Positions 29,189 to 39,536 of a stretch of DNA of 52,405 nucleotides are shown piece after piece; the first letter of the stretch is position 1, and every line of letters starts with the position of its first letter. The notes under the pieces are model-generated. The model worked only from the letters and a program-made list of their open reading frames with translations, was not told the origin of the DNA and made no database searches. The position numbers were made by a program, and so were the translations under genes. The stretch is from a virus (Duplodnaviria; Caudoviricetes), in the IMG/VR virus record IMGVR_UViG_3300033153_004539, positions 1-52,405 of that record; one strand, given 5' to 3'.

Positions 29189-29731
29189 TTATGGAGTGAC
29201 AGTTAAATCTGCTGTAACTGAAGCAGACGAAGTAACATTGACAGAGCATAAAACTAAATCTAATACTAATCTATAATGGCCTTCTGCTGTATTTTGTACT
29301 ATTCTCACATCTTGTTGAATTATACCGTACTGGTTAATTTCTATTTGTTGATCTAACTCTCTTCTTAATTTTAAGCAACCTATTTTAGATCCATCATCTT
29401 GTGATTCATCACCTAATTTATATATAGGTATTGTTAAAGTGAAACCTGATGCTAATGCACCAATTACTTCTTGTGGTCTATATAAACTCCTACTTTGTGT
29501 TACCGAAGCTAAAACATTAATATCTACATATTCATATCGCTCACCCTTCGCAGGTATAACGGTCCAAGGACCATCCATTCTATATTCTACATATTCAGGT
29601 AAATCATGAGTATTACGATTATCACCTTCAATATAAAAAGGAATATTTTTACGGTTAGCTACAGCTTTAAAGTGCTTAGCACCTGAAGCATATAACCATC
29701 GTACAATATTACCGTTAATTAAGTAATTCAT
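29189..29731 (-). CDS. tail terminator-like protein with a C-terminal beta-strand tag
   Basis: Immediately upstream of the tail tube gene; ends VNVTSSASVTADLTVTP. Confidence 0.6.
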   Translation of the reverse strand: MNYLINGNIVRWLYASGAKHFKAVANRKNIPFYIEGDNRNTHDLPEYVEYRMDGPWTVIPAKGERYEYVDINVLASVTQSRSLYRPQEVIGALASGFTLTIPIYKLGDESQDDGSKIGCLKLRRELDQQIEINQYGIIQQDVRIVQNTAEGHYRLVLDLVLCSVNVTSSASVTADLTVTP

Positions 29732-30216
29732 TAAGCTTCCCTTTCTACAGTTTGACTTAATGACATAACAGAAATAACGGTAGTCATGTGCGTAAGCACT
29801 TGACCCTGAGTTTCTCTACATACACAGACTATAGCTGAATTATTTTCATACTCCTGTAAAGATTTAATATCGTATCTTTTATTCTTAATCATGAAAAACT
29901 GATTTAGATTTAAGTCACCCCAATCTCTTGGGATGTCTCTTTTTCTATCAACAACCACAATACGATCTGATGGATCAAAAAACCCTCCCATTGTAAAATC
30001 TTTGTTTGCAGATATATAAGCAAGATCATAAACAAAACTACGCATTTCTCTAGTAGGCTCAACTAAAGCCTTTCTAATATTAGTAACAGTAAATGTTTCA
30101 GTTATAGTACCAGTATCAATATCAGTAACGCTAATATATTTATATAAAGACACAGGGATACCATAAGACCTTTTGAGTCTGTACAGTGTCCTATTAATGA
30201 ATCTTAATTTGTGCAT
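29731..30216 (-). CDS. head closure / head-tail joining protein
   Basis: Position after MCP; GGAGG RBS before ATG 30216; IKNKRYDIKSL beta-barrel pattern. Confidence 0.6.
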   Translation of the reverse strand: MHKLRFINRTLYRLKRSYGIPVSLYKYISVTDIDTGTITETFTVTNIRKALVEPTREMRSFVYDLAYISANKDFTMGGFFDPSDRIVVVDRKRDIPRDWGDLNLNQFFMIKNKRYDIKSLQEYENNSAIVCVCRETQGQVLTHMTTVISVMSLSQTVEREA

Positions 30217-30234
30217 GTGCAAACCTCCCCATAA

Positions 30235-30260
30235 CCTGGCCCACATGGTTGTGGGCCAGG
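30235..30260 (-). terminator. GC-rich hairpin after the major capsid gene (terminator or stabiliser)
   Basis: cctggcccaca-tggt-tgtgggccagg, 11-bp stem; weak U-tract. Confidence 0.6.
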
Positions 30261-30273
30261 ACAGTTAAGGGGA

Positions 30274-31689
30274 TTAACCAATTAATGCTGCACCGTAAGC
30301 AGTGTTAAGAACCTTAACACCTAACAGAACATCAACTGTCACAAGAACACCCTGCGAGGAACCATTATAAGTAATGGTGATACGGATACCAACACCACCC
30401 ATATTAGCTGTGGAACTAATAGCAAGACCAGCAGGAGCCGGAGCTAATGGTCGACTGACAAGAGCAATAGCATTCTTATGGAATGCAAAGTTAACGTCAG
30501 CAGGAGGACTGAACAGAACCACATCATTATCAGTAACAGCAACATCTAACGAACGATTAAGAGTGATACCAGTCGTGTTAGTTGCGGTATCAGTAACAGC
30601 AATAACACTGTAAACACCACTCAAGATAACATTAGGTGTGCCAACAGTGGCAAAACTAACTAAAGTACCTACTGGAATAGAACCAACGATACCGTCTACA
30701 GTCATTTCCTTATTATAACCGACAGCATAATCGTCACTATCATCAATAAGACCTGTATCACCAATGGTAACAACATCATCATCAGCAATAGCAACCCGTA
30801 ATCCAGGACTGATAGTAACATCAATATCCTGAGTAGCTAATGTACCAAGAGTAGTAACCTGGTGAAGGACACCACCAATAGTAATCCACTGACCAACAGC
30901 AAATTGATCACCAGCAGTATCACAGTGAATAACTGTGTCACCAATATCATAACCAGCAGTAAGATCAACAAGTGCTGTAACAGCAGTAACAGGTACTCCA
31001 GTAGAACTAGGAGCATTCTGGCACATAAACATATTAAACTGCAACTTACGTCCTAAGGACGCTTCACGCATTGCAGTACCTTCATCACCAATCTTATCAG
31101 CACTAATGAACAAGTCAAGATTAAGTGCAGTAGATTCAGTCGTAGGACTAAGAATTAAGTTACGACCTGCCTCTGGGCACTTATTGATATTCATCCTCTT
31201 ACGAGTTTCAAGGATGTACTGCTTAATGTTAGCAGAGGTTAATCCACCAGCAATACCTTCCTGGTTGGCAGTAAATTGATACGCACAACCTAAGATAATC
31301 TTATCAACAGCCTGAGCGATTGAAAGAACAGCAGGCTCAAGATACTCGTCACGCAACTGCTTGAAAGACTTACTCTCTTCACCATCCTTAATCATAAAGG
31401 ACGTATGAAGATGCTGATCCAGAGGAATCTGAATATCAGTTGCATCTGCATCCTGAACAGTAACAGCATCAGCATTAGTCTTACGCTTAGCAGTAAATTC
31501 TGCTGGTTGACGTGTATGGACAATATCGCCAAAATTGGCAACCAGTGGCGAAAAATCCTTATGAACAAGGTTACCAACAACCATGTTTTCAGTAAGGATA
31601 GCTACAGACTCATTCGCCCATAATTCAGGAATATAGGCGTCAAGACTATTAGCATACACTAACTTAAAAGGCTTAGAAAACTTTAACAT
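30274..31689 (-). CDS. major capsid protein, P22 coat-like HK97 fold with insertion domains
   Basis: YIPELWANE, FGDIVHTRQP, AFHKNAIALVSRPL, DVLLGVKVL; follows the scaffold gene. Confidence 0.9.
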   Translation of the reverse strand: MLKFSKPFKLVYANSLDAYIPELWANESVAILTENMVVGNLVHKDFSPLVANFGDIVHTRQPAEFTAKRKTNADAVTVQDADATDIQIPLDQHLHTSFMIKDGEESKSFKQLRDEYLEPAVLSIAQAVDKIILGCAYQFTANQEGIAGGLTSANIKQYILETRKRMNINKCPEAGRNLILSPTTESTALNLDLFISADKIGDEGTAMREASLGRKLQFNMFMCQNAPSSTGVPVTAVTALVDLTAGYDIGDTVIHCDTAGDQFAVGQWITIGGVLHQVTTLGTLATQDIDVTISPGLRVAIADDDVVTIGDTGLIDDSDDYAVGYNKEMTVDGIVGSIPVGTLVSFATVGTPNVILSGVYSVIAVTDTATNTTGITLNRSLDVAVTDNDVVLFSPPADVNFAFHKNAIALVSRPLAPAPAGLAISSTANMGGVGIRITITYNGSSQGVLVTVDVLLGVKVLNTAYGAALIG

Positions 31690-31690
31690 T

Positions 31691-32515
31691 TTACTTCCTC
31701 AATTTACTAAAGTCCAAATCCGGATTCTTCTTACGCCACTCAGCGTAAGCAACAGGGTCATTCATAATAGCTGACAAAGCAGCTTGTGGTGTGCTATCAC
31801 CACCCCTGCTACTATTAGCATTTAACCCACTAGTAGCAGTAGATTCAAATAAGTGACCATATTTATCGGTCAACTCCGCCATTCTTTTTAATACACCTTC
31901 AGGTGGTAAGTCTAAAGTTACAGGGTTACCGTCTTCATCTGAATCAGAAAACTTAACTCTTACTTCATAATTACCATTAGGCTGACCATCCACTAGCGAC
32001 TGTGCTAAGTGTGTTTTCCCACCCAACATATCAACAATAACATCTGGGTTAATTGATTTTGCACCAACAGCAGCATCAAGTAATTCCCTACTTATCCTTG
32101 ATTGAGTGTATCTATTCTTCCAAGAATCTGCTTCCTTAGTAACCTTTTCGAGAAGCTTCACATGTTCTTTCTTATTTTTCTCTTGTTCTCGTTTTGATAA
32201 CTCTTCTTTAGTTAAAAATTGATTTTGTAATTGTTCAATCTGTGCTTCAAGCTCTTCTTTCTGTTGAGCTGTGCCAGAGAACTGATCTTTAATAGTTGTT
32301 AACTGACCCATTAACTCTTGATTCTGAGTAGTTAATTTTTTTCTATTATCAGACATCATCTTATTAAGTTCATCTTGGGCACCAGGTGTACCTTTAATAT
32401 AATCAGATAATGTTTTTGGCTCTTTAGGTGGTGGTGGATCACCAGGAGGTGGATCACCAGGAGGTGGATCACCTTCATACGCTAAACGCCATGCTTTAAT
32501 ACTTTTCTTTAACAT
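31691..32515 (-). CDS. capsid scaffolding protein
   Basis: Coiled coil, GHLFES..G motif, directly upstream of MCP; N-terminal (GDPPP)x3. Confidence 0.8.
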   Translation of the reverse strand: MLKKSIKAWRLAYEGDPPPGDPPPGDPPPPKEPKTLSDYIKGTPGAQDELNKMMSDNRKKLTTQNQELMGQLTTIKDQFSGTAQQKEELEAQIEQLQNQFLTKEELSKREQEKNKKEHVKLLEKVTKEADSWKNRYTQSRISRELLDAAVGAKSINPDVIVDMLGGKTHLAQSLVDGQPNGNYEVRVKFSDSDEDGNPVTLDLPPEGVLKRMAELTDKYGHLFESTATSGLNANSSRGGDSTPQAALSAIMNDPVAYAEWRKKNPDLDFSKLRK

Positions 32516-32524
32516 TAGAAACTC

Positions 32525-33292
32525 CTAAGAAACCCTACTTAATTCAATAGCCTGAGGATCACACAAATAAGGCTTTAAATGTATCCAAGCTTCCGCACTA
32601 GGTATACCAGCCCTAATATACTCAGCCACAAAGGACGCATCGTAGGTAGAATGTGTCCCTAGATATTTGTTTTGAGTAATACCAATTGATTCGATTTCGT
32701 CCTGCATATCCACATCATCAAGATACTTTAAAGAACATTCGTATGCTGCAAGTTCTAAGTCGAGTGGAACAACAGTATCAACACCCCGTGGAAATTGTAA
32801 AGACTGATCTTCATCGGTTTTTACCCCTGCAAAATTTAATCGATCAATAGCACGGGTAGCCATGATCAATGCTTTTTGCCTATCGTTAGCTAATGCTACC
32901 TCCCATGGGTCAGAGTTAAGACGTTGACTACCAAAATACAAATTAGCTCCAGTTATTGATCCATAGTAAGATATACTTCCTACTATACTACTTACACCAG
33001 TTATATAACTATAATCTGGATCATCAACTGTGGCAATTGTAAATTGTGCTGGTACTGCTTCTATATGTGTAAACAGTAATCCTATAATATCCCCATCCAT
33101 CTCAGCAGATGTTAAAGCAATTGACCATTGACCATTACCTTCATGTACTGCTGAATTAGTTAATGATTGTTGAACACCACCGTCAATAGTCACAAAGCCA
33201 TTAACAGTACCATTAAGTATAGCCGACCCATCCGACCTACTTATTAAGGCAAAAGTGAAACCATTAACAGATTTACCTTTTTCAAAACTCAT
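32525..33292 (-). CDS. head-tail adaptor (DnaT-like) fused to an N-terminal Ig/BppU-like domain
   Basis: C-terminal half YGSITGANLYF..W..KALIMATRAID..QSLQFPR; N-terminal ~90-aa beta domain GNGQWSIALTSAEMD. Confidence 0.7.
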   Translation of the reverse strand: MSFEKGKSVNGFTFALISRSDGSAILNGTVNGFVTIDGGVQQSLTNSAVHEGNGQWSIALTSAEMDGDIIGLLFTHIEAVPAQFTIATVDDPDYSYITGVSSIVGSISYYGSITGANLYFGSQRLNSDPWEVALANDRQKALIMATRAIDRLNFAGVKTDEDQSLQFPRGVDTVVPLDLELAAYECSLKYLDDVDMQDEIESIGITQNKYLGTHSTYDASFVAEYIRAGIPSAEAWIHLKPYLCDPQAIELSRVS

Positions 33293-36200
33293 TGTTCTTG
33301 CTCACCAGTTACGAGTCTGTTTAAGTCCTTAGCGTAACTTGCTTTCCAACCAGGTATAACTTCATCAGTTATACTACCTGACATGTTAGCAGAGGATCCA
33401 AAAGATACACTTAAGCCTCTAGTTATTTTTGTTGCTAATGTAACTGTTCCAGTACCATCGAAACCAGTTGTAAAAGCTTTATCGATATTTACAAAAGATG
33501 TAACGGTAGCTGTACTAACAAAAGCAGCAGCGAGAGACTGACTGAAACCTAAATTAGCTGTTAATGTACCTGTGCTATTTATTGCAATATTAAGTGGCTT
33601 ACTACCACTTAACCTTGCTGTCATAGTTCCGAAGGAACTTACAGCAAAAGATAATTGTTTATTTACTCTTAAATCTGCTGCCATACTGCCAGAGGCAGTT
33701 ATACTAGCAAAGAAACCTTCACTTGTTTTTAAAGCAGCTGTTACTGTAGCAGTTGACGTTATTGCAGCAACTAATGCTTTAGTAGCTGTAATATTAAAAT
33801 CAGCTGTTATAGTAGCAGAAGCAACTATACTTGTAGATAAAGCGGCTTTGTTTAATACTAATTCTGCCGTCATATTAGCGGCAGCAATGATAAACGCACC
33901 TAAAGGTTGCGTGGCACCTGATCTAACCCAAGCTGTCACAGTACCAGTAGAAATTATATCTGTTGATAAGGCGGCTTTATTATAATTTAAGGAACCAGTT
34001 AATATTCCGCTAGAAGTTATAGAAACATTAAAGTATTTAAAATTACCTGCATCTAACGATGCTACCATTACACCAGTAGCATTTATAGCAGCAGTTAATC
34101 CTCTAGTTCTATTTAAGTCCCCCGTCAAGGAACCAGTAGAAATTATAGCAGCAACTAACTGATGTGTTTCACCCTTAGTAACATCAGCCGTTAAGAAACC
34201 AGTAGAACTTATAGCAGCAGTTAGGCCCCTAGTTCTTTCTAAATCTGCCGTCAGAGTACCAGTTGAAGTTATAGCAGCAGTAAGTGTTTGCGTACCACCT
34301 GTAGTTATATCTCCCGTAAGGGAACCAGTAGAAGTTATATCAGCAGCAAACTGCTTTACTCTGTTAAGGCTACCAGTTAACAAACCACTTGAAGTTATAT
34401 TAGCAGATAAGGCTGCTTTATTAAGTGTAAGGTCACCAGTTAATAAGCCATTAGAAGTTACATGGAGATTGAAATTTTTAGAATTACCAGCATCAAGGTC
34501 TGCTGTCATAGTACCAGAGGCAACTATGTCAGCAGCAAACTGTTCTGTTTTACTTAAAGTACCTGTTAAAGTACCACTGGAAACTATAGCAGATGTAAAT
34601 GTTTTCTCTACATCTAAGTTACCAGTTAAAGTACCAGTAGAAGTTATATCAACAGATAATGACTGTATACCACCTGTAGTAATATCTGCTACTAAAGTAC
34701 CAGTGGAAGTTATATCAGTAGTAAATTGTTTTATTCTGTTAAGATTACCAGTTAATAAGCCACTGGAAACTATAACAGATGTTAATCCCCTAGTTCTTTC
34801 AATATCAGCAGTTAAAGTACCAGTAGAAGTTATATCAGCAGCAAGTGCTTTAGATGCTGTTGTAGTAATATCTGCTACTAAAGTACCAGTAGAAGTTATA
34901 TCAGCAGCAAACTGCTTTATACGGTTAAGGCTACCAGTTAATAAGCCATTGGAAATTATATCAGCAGATAGGGCTGCTTTATTAAGTATTAAGTCCCCAG
35001 TTAATAAGCCACTGGAAGTTATATGTAGATTAAAGTTTTTAGAATTACCAGCATCAAGATCAGCTACTAATGTACCAGTAGCATTTATTGCAGCAGCTAA
35101 TTGTCTAGTTCTAGTTAAATCCCCAGTTAATAATCCACTAGAAACTATGGCAGATGCAAATGTTTTCTCTACATTTAAAATACCAGTTAAAGTACCAGTA
35201 GAAGTTATATCAGCAGCAAGTGCTTTAGCTGCACCTTTAGTTACATCTCCCGTCAAGGTTCCAGTTGAAGTTATATCAGTAGCAAACTGTCTAGTTCTAT
35301 ATAAATCCCCAGTTAATAAGCCACTAGAAGTTATAGCAGATGATAAAGCTGCTTTATTATAATTTAAATCAGCAGTTAAAGTTCCACTGGAAGTTATATC
35401 AGTAGTAAGTGCTTCTATAACAGCAGCAATAGTGACATCAGCTGTCATTAAGCCACTAGAAACTATACTTGTTATAAAGAATTTTCTAGGATCAACATAT
35501 ATAACCTCGACACCTAATTGAGTTACTCTTGCTTTAGGCGTACCGTAGTCTAAGCGTATGACTTCGACCGCTTGTTGAGTGACTCTGGCCTTAGGTGTAC
35601 CAACATTTAAATATACTACTTCAGAACCTTGTTGTGTTAAGCGAGCCTTAGCTACACTATCTCTACTTAAATCTCCTGTTAGTAAGCCTGAACCAGTAAA
35701 ATCAGCAGCTAATTGATGTGTTGCATTTTCCCACAGATTAGCAGTTACTACACCTGAGCCAGTAAAATCAACAGAAAGAGCCTCTATAACCTGACCCTGT
35801 TTTTGTAGATCAGCTGTTACTAACGCTGAACCAGTTATAGCAACAATTAATGGTTCATAATTAGGTATATGAATAACTTCAAGATATTGACCAGTGACTC
35901 TGGCAGTAGTTGTTTCTGTTACTGTATAAATAACTTCAAGGGGTAAGTGCGTTACCCTAAGGTGATTACTCTCAGCAATAAATTTTGTAATATCAGCAGT
36001 TACTAAGGCGGTTGAAGTTATAGCAGCAGATAGTGCTACTTCATAATTTAGATTCCCCGTCAGGGAGGCGGTTGAAATTATATCAGATGTAAGACCTCTA
36101 GTTCTTTTGTAATCAGCCGTCATAGTGCCAGAGGCAGTTATATCAGCTGATAACGATTCTGTAGAACCTGTTGAAAGATCACCCGTTAATAAAACACTGG

Positions 36201-37404
36201 AAGTTATATCAGCAGTTAATTGTCTTTCTCTAGTTACGTCAGCCGTTAAAGTACCAGAGGCAACTATAGCAACTGATAATGATCTAGTTCTTTTTACATC
36301 ACCCGTTAATAAGGCACTGGAAGTTATATTAGAAGTTAATGTTTTAGTTGCACCTGCATTAATATCAGCAGTTACTAAAACATTTGAAGTTATATCTGAA
36401 GTTAAATACCTAATTCTTTTAGAATCAGCTGTTAAAGTACCAGAAGCAACTATAGCAGTAGTTAAGCCTTTATATCTTTTTACATCAGCTGTCATAGTTC
36501 CTGAAGAAACTATATCAACTAAAAGGTACTCTGTTATTATCTCTGATAGGTCAGCCGTTACAGTAGCAGTAGATGTTATATCAGAAGCTAATTGTCTTTC
36601 CCTATACAATAAAGCTGCCATATTACCACTGGCAACTATGTCAGATGTGAACTGACATTTTCTACCAATGTTGGCTACCATTAAGACATTAGAAGTTATA
36701 TCAGTTGTTACACCTCTGATTCTTTTTACATCTGCTGTTACTAAGCCTGAACCAGTTACAGCAGCAACTAATTGCTCTGTTACTGGTTCATCTGCTTCCT
36801 TAAATGATATACCAATTAAGCCCCAGTCATCAGCAGAAATATTAAAGCCTACGGCTTTGCTACCTGCTGTACCACCATCTAAATCATACTCAGTGCCCCA
36901 TACCTGATTACCGGCATCATAAGTATGGACTAATGTATAATTTGTACCCGCCGTAGGCGGAGTACGGTAGCCATGGCCTAATCCACCATATATAAGAGCA
37001 TTATCAACAACCGTCAGGTTAAGTGTTGGGTTAGCTGTAGTACCTGTGGCACTATTAGAATTATCATAAGCTGCTGTTTTTAATGTAGCTACATCAAAAG
37101 AAGTAATACTTGCTTGAATATTGAGTAAGCCTGTGTTAGGTATACTTAATGTATTTGAACCAGTTGATGGCTCAATAACATACCATACCTCAACACCTGC
37201 TTCAATTGATACTTGGAAACCTTGGCCACTATCGACCATTGGTAAAGAGTTATAGGTGGGAGCCCCACCTGCACGTGCTACAGCATTACGGATAAAAATA
37301 GTCAATACAAGTAGCTTACAACTGCTACCACACGAATGTGTGGTATCATTTGGGTTAGCAGCACCATAAGTGCCCTGCGTACTTGTATCAACAGTAAAAG
37401 CCAT
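33289..37404 (-). CDS. long repetitive fibre scaffold protein (N-terminal ~200-aa globular domain + about 45 repeats of 21-24 aa)
   Basis: Repeat (L/F)xxxITS(S/T)GxLT(A/G)xL across most of 1371 aa; repeat count estimated by eye. Confidence 0.75.
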   Translation of the reverse strand: MAFTVDTSTQGTYGAANPNDTTHSCGSSCKLLVLTIFIRNAVARAGGAPTYNSLPMVDSGQGFQVSIEAGVEVWYVIEPSTGSNTLSIPNTGLLNIQASITSFDVATLKTAAYDNSNSATGTTANPTLNLTVVDNALIYGGLGHGYRTPPTAGTNYTLVHTYDAGNQVWGTEYDLDGGTAGSKAVGFNISADDWGLIGISFKEADEPVTEQLVAAVTGSGLVTADVKRIRGVTTDITSNVLMVANIGRKCQFTSDIVASGNMAALLYRERQLASDITSTATVTADLSEIITEYLLVDIVSSGTMTADVKRYKGLTTAIVASGTLTADSKRIRYLTSDITSNVLVTADINAGATKTLTSNITSSALLTGDVKRTRSLSVAIVASGTLTADVTRERQLTADITSSVLLTGDLSTGSTESLSADITASGTMTADYKRTRGLTSDIISTASLTGNLNYEVALSAAITSTALVTADITKFIAESNHLRVTHLPLEVIYTVTETTTARVTGQYLEVIHIPNYEPLIVAITGSALVTADLQKQGQVIEALSVDFTGSGVVTANLWENATHQLAADFTGSGLLTGDLSRDSVAKARLTQQGSEVVYLNVGTPKARVTQQAVEVIRLDYGTPKARVTQLGVEVIYVDPRKFFITSIVSSGLMTADVTIAAVIEALTTDITSSGTLTADLNYNKAALSSAITSSGLLTGDLYRTRQFATDITSTGTLTGDVTKGAAKALAADITSTGTLTGILNVEKTFASAIVSSGLLTGDLTRTRQLAAAINATGTLVADLDAGNSKNFNLHITSSGLLTGDLILNKAALSADIISNGLLTGSLNRIKQFAADITSTGTLVADITTTASKALAADITSTGTLTADIERTRGLTSVIVSSGLLTGNLNRIKQFTTDITSTGTLVADITTGGIQSLSVDITSTGTLTGNLDVEKTFTSAIVSSGTLTGTLSKTEQFAADIVASGTMTADLDAGNSKNFNLHVTSNGLLTGDLTLNKAALSANITSSGLLTGSLNRVKQFAADITSTGSLTGDITTGGTQTLTAAITSTGTLTADLERTRGLTAAISSTGFLTADVTKGETHQLVAAIISTGSLTGDLNRTRGLTAAINATGVMVASLDAGNFKYFNVSITSSGILTGSLNYNKAALSTDIISTGTVTAWVRSGATQPLGAFIIAAANMTAELVLNKAALSTSIVASATITADFNITATKALVAAITSTATVTAALKTSEGFFASITASGSMAADLRVNKQLSFAVSSFGTMTARLSGSKPLNIAINSTGTLTANLGFSQSLAAAFVSTATVTSFVNIDKAFTTGFDGTGTVTLATKITRGLSVSFGSSANMSGSITDEVIPGWKASYAKDLNRLVTGEQEQ

Positions 37405-38273
37405 TACACTAAGATTGCTCTCTTAGTTGTTAATTCGTAATCAAACTCTTCCATCATCTCACTATGGTCTTCCTCGATTTTAGTCACTTGCTCCTTAGTT
37501 AATATGTCTTTCCATTGATTAGCTTTGCCAACTCTAAAGAATTTACCACTTGCACTATTTTCACTTAACTCTGCGAAACCATTCTCTTCCTCATGTTTAC
37601 GTAAGTTCTTAAAAGTGTTTTCTTTAATAGCAAAATCTAATCTATCTTGGTCAACTGGCATAGTTAAGAATTGTATTACTTTTGTAAATTCTTCATGTGG
37701 CTTATCTAATAAGTCTTCAAATTTTAATACTAATGTTTTAATATTTTCATTAAGTTTGGTCCATGTCTTAACATGCTCTGACCAAGTTAAAAGTATGTGA
37801 TGTAAGTTATCTTTATTTTTAAGTGCAAATTTTATGTTACACATATGGGCAATAGCTTCATCAATATCTTCACCCAAATGATCAGCAAAACTAACAGCAA
37901 TATCTCTTGGGTCTCTGACAAGATATACTGCCCCTCTACTCAACTGAAATGGGCAAACAGGAATATCATTGACAGCTATTTTCGCATGATGTGTTTTTAA
38001 TACTATATCTCTTGTAGCATAGACATTAAGGAAATTAAGTAAGGTCGCTGGTCTATAATATGATTGCTCTTCAAATGTCATCCGATCTAACGGTCTGGCA
38101 CAAGTTATTTGTACAACCTGTGAAGTTAAATCGTTATATGCAAACTGGAAAGCACTATTAATGTCAATAGGGAAACCAGACACATAAGAATTAATAAACA
38201 TACGCAACCAAGTATTACCACTTTTAGGGTAACTAGCGAACCACCATATTTTTCTTTCTGACGGATGGATCAT
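37404..38273 (-). CDS. PAPS-dependent sulfotransferase
   Basis: 5'-PSB SYPKSGNTW, KTHH, 3'-PB RDPRDIAVS, FFRVGKANQWK. Confidence 0.92.
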   Translation of the reverse strand: MIHPSERKIWWFASYPKSGNTWLRMFINSYVSGFPIDINSAFQFAYNDLTSQVVQITCARPLDRMTFEEQSYYRPATLLNFLNVYATRDIVLKTHHAKIAVNDIPVCPFQLSRGAVYLVRDPRDIAVSFADHLGEDIDEAIAHMCNIKFALKNKDNLHHILLTWSEHVKTWTKLNENIKTLVLKFEDLLDKPHEEFTKVIQFLTMPVDQDRLDFAIKENTFKNLRKHEEENGFAELSENSASGKFFRVGKANQWKDILTKEQVTKIEEDHSEMMEEFDYELTTKRAILV

Positions 38274-39049
38274 AAATACTTACAACCTTTCATTGTTTTA
38301 CCGTGATGTTCCTCAATAAGCTTAGTTTGTTTCTTTGTTAGATACTTTTTCCATTGATTCGCCTCACCCATTCTAAAGAAATTACATGCCCCGCCTCTCT
38401 CGGTGAAACCATTTTCTATTTCTAATTTTTTAAGATTATTGAAACTAGCTTCTTTAATAGCAAATTTTACTCTTTCTTCACTATGTCGCGGTAAATATAA
38501 TACTTTTATTATGGCTTTAAAAGCCGCTTCTGTATGCTCTAGTAAGTCTTCATATTTAAAGCCTTTCAGATTTGTGTTCCACCAAGAGTCTACATGTGTT
38601 GACCAACTACTTAGTACATGACCCATGTTATTAACTTTTGATGATATAAAACACGATTCATCATTCATAAAGTCTATTGCTTCATCTATCTCTATACTAT
38701 AATGTTTAGATAAGCTTATAACTACGTCTCTTGGGTCTCTTATTACGTAAATACCACCATTAGTTTTACTTAAAGGTATTAATCTTTTATCCTTGACTTT
38801 AACATTAGCGTTATGTGTTTTTATACATATGTTTTCTAGCTTACTTATGGACTCATTATAATTACCTAAGTATTCATAAAGATCTTTAGCTTTAGGATGT
38901 AAATCAGGTTGTATATCACTTATTACAAATTGTTTATCGGTATTTATGTCTATTTTCTCACCTGTTAGGTAAGCTAATAGAAACATTCTTACCCAGGTGT
39001 TACCGCTTTTTGGGTAGCTTGCGAGCCACCATATGTTACCAAGTTTCAT
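38270..39049 (-). CDS. PAPS-dependent sulfotransferase (paralogue)
   Basis: SYPKSGNTW, KTHN, RDPRDVVIS, FFRMGEANQWK. Confidence 0.92.
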   Translation of the reverse strand: MKLGNIWWLASYPKSGNTWVRMFLLAYLTGEKIDINTDKQFVISDIQPDLHPKAKDLYEYLGNYNESISKLENICIKTHNANVKVKDKRLIPLSKTNGGIYVIRDPRDVVISLSKHYSIEIDEAIDFMNDESCFISSKVNNMGHVLSSWSTHVDSWWNTNLKGFKYEDLLEHTEAAFKAIIKVLYLPRHSEERVKFAIKEASFNNLKKLEIENGFTERGGACNFFRMGEANQWKKYLTKKQTKLIEEHHGKTMKGCKYL

Positions 39050-39098
39050 ATCAATAACCTAATATCCCTTATTATATTTTTAAATACTGGATACTGGA

Positions 39099-39536
39099 CT
39101 AGGCTAATGTTACAGTAATAGCACCAGTAGTAAATTCAGCAGTGTCACCACTGTCAATAGCTTTACCCGTATCAACAGTAGAGTAGAACCACATTTCACC
39201 AGTATTATAAGTAGCATTATCAACGATAGCACAACTACCTACAGTACCCCAAGAACCAGTAGCTTGCGGATATGTAATAGCGGTAGCATTATCCGTTTGA
39301 CCATCACCACCAGCTGTAGCAGTCCAATTAGCATCAAGTGGAGCTAATGCCTGACGAGCATAGGTATCAGTGGTAACGACTTCAACACCAGTACCAGTAG
39401 TAAAGATAGCGGTATCGCCGTCAATTGGTGTCGTAGTGCACAGTGCTATTGCCACTACTGAAGGCTTTGCGAATGTTGCCGTCCTGAACAGATGGCCGAT
39501 CAATGTGTCTTCCAAATAATCTGACATTTCCGACAT
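39099..39536 (-). CDS. small phage fibre subunit protein
   Basis: MSDYLE..L.HLFR, YARQ, N..AI.YP.ATGSWGTV, GDT..F..GAITVTL pattern widespread in phage fibre loci; AAGGAG RBS. Confidence 0.75.
   Translation of the reverse strand: MSEMSDYLEDTLIGHLFRTATFAKPSVVAIALCTTTPIDGDTAIFTTGTGVEVVTTDTYARQALAPLDANWTATAGGDGQTDNATAITYPQATGSWGTVGSCAIVDNATYNTGEMWFYSTVDTGKAIDSGDTAEFTTGAITVTLA

Noticed and set aside
33572-36907. Long plus-strand ORFs (e.g. 34469-35362, 36125-36655)
   Set aside because: Antisense shadows of the repetitive 1371-aa gene; no RBS, and they mirror its codon pattern
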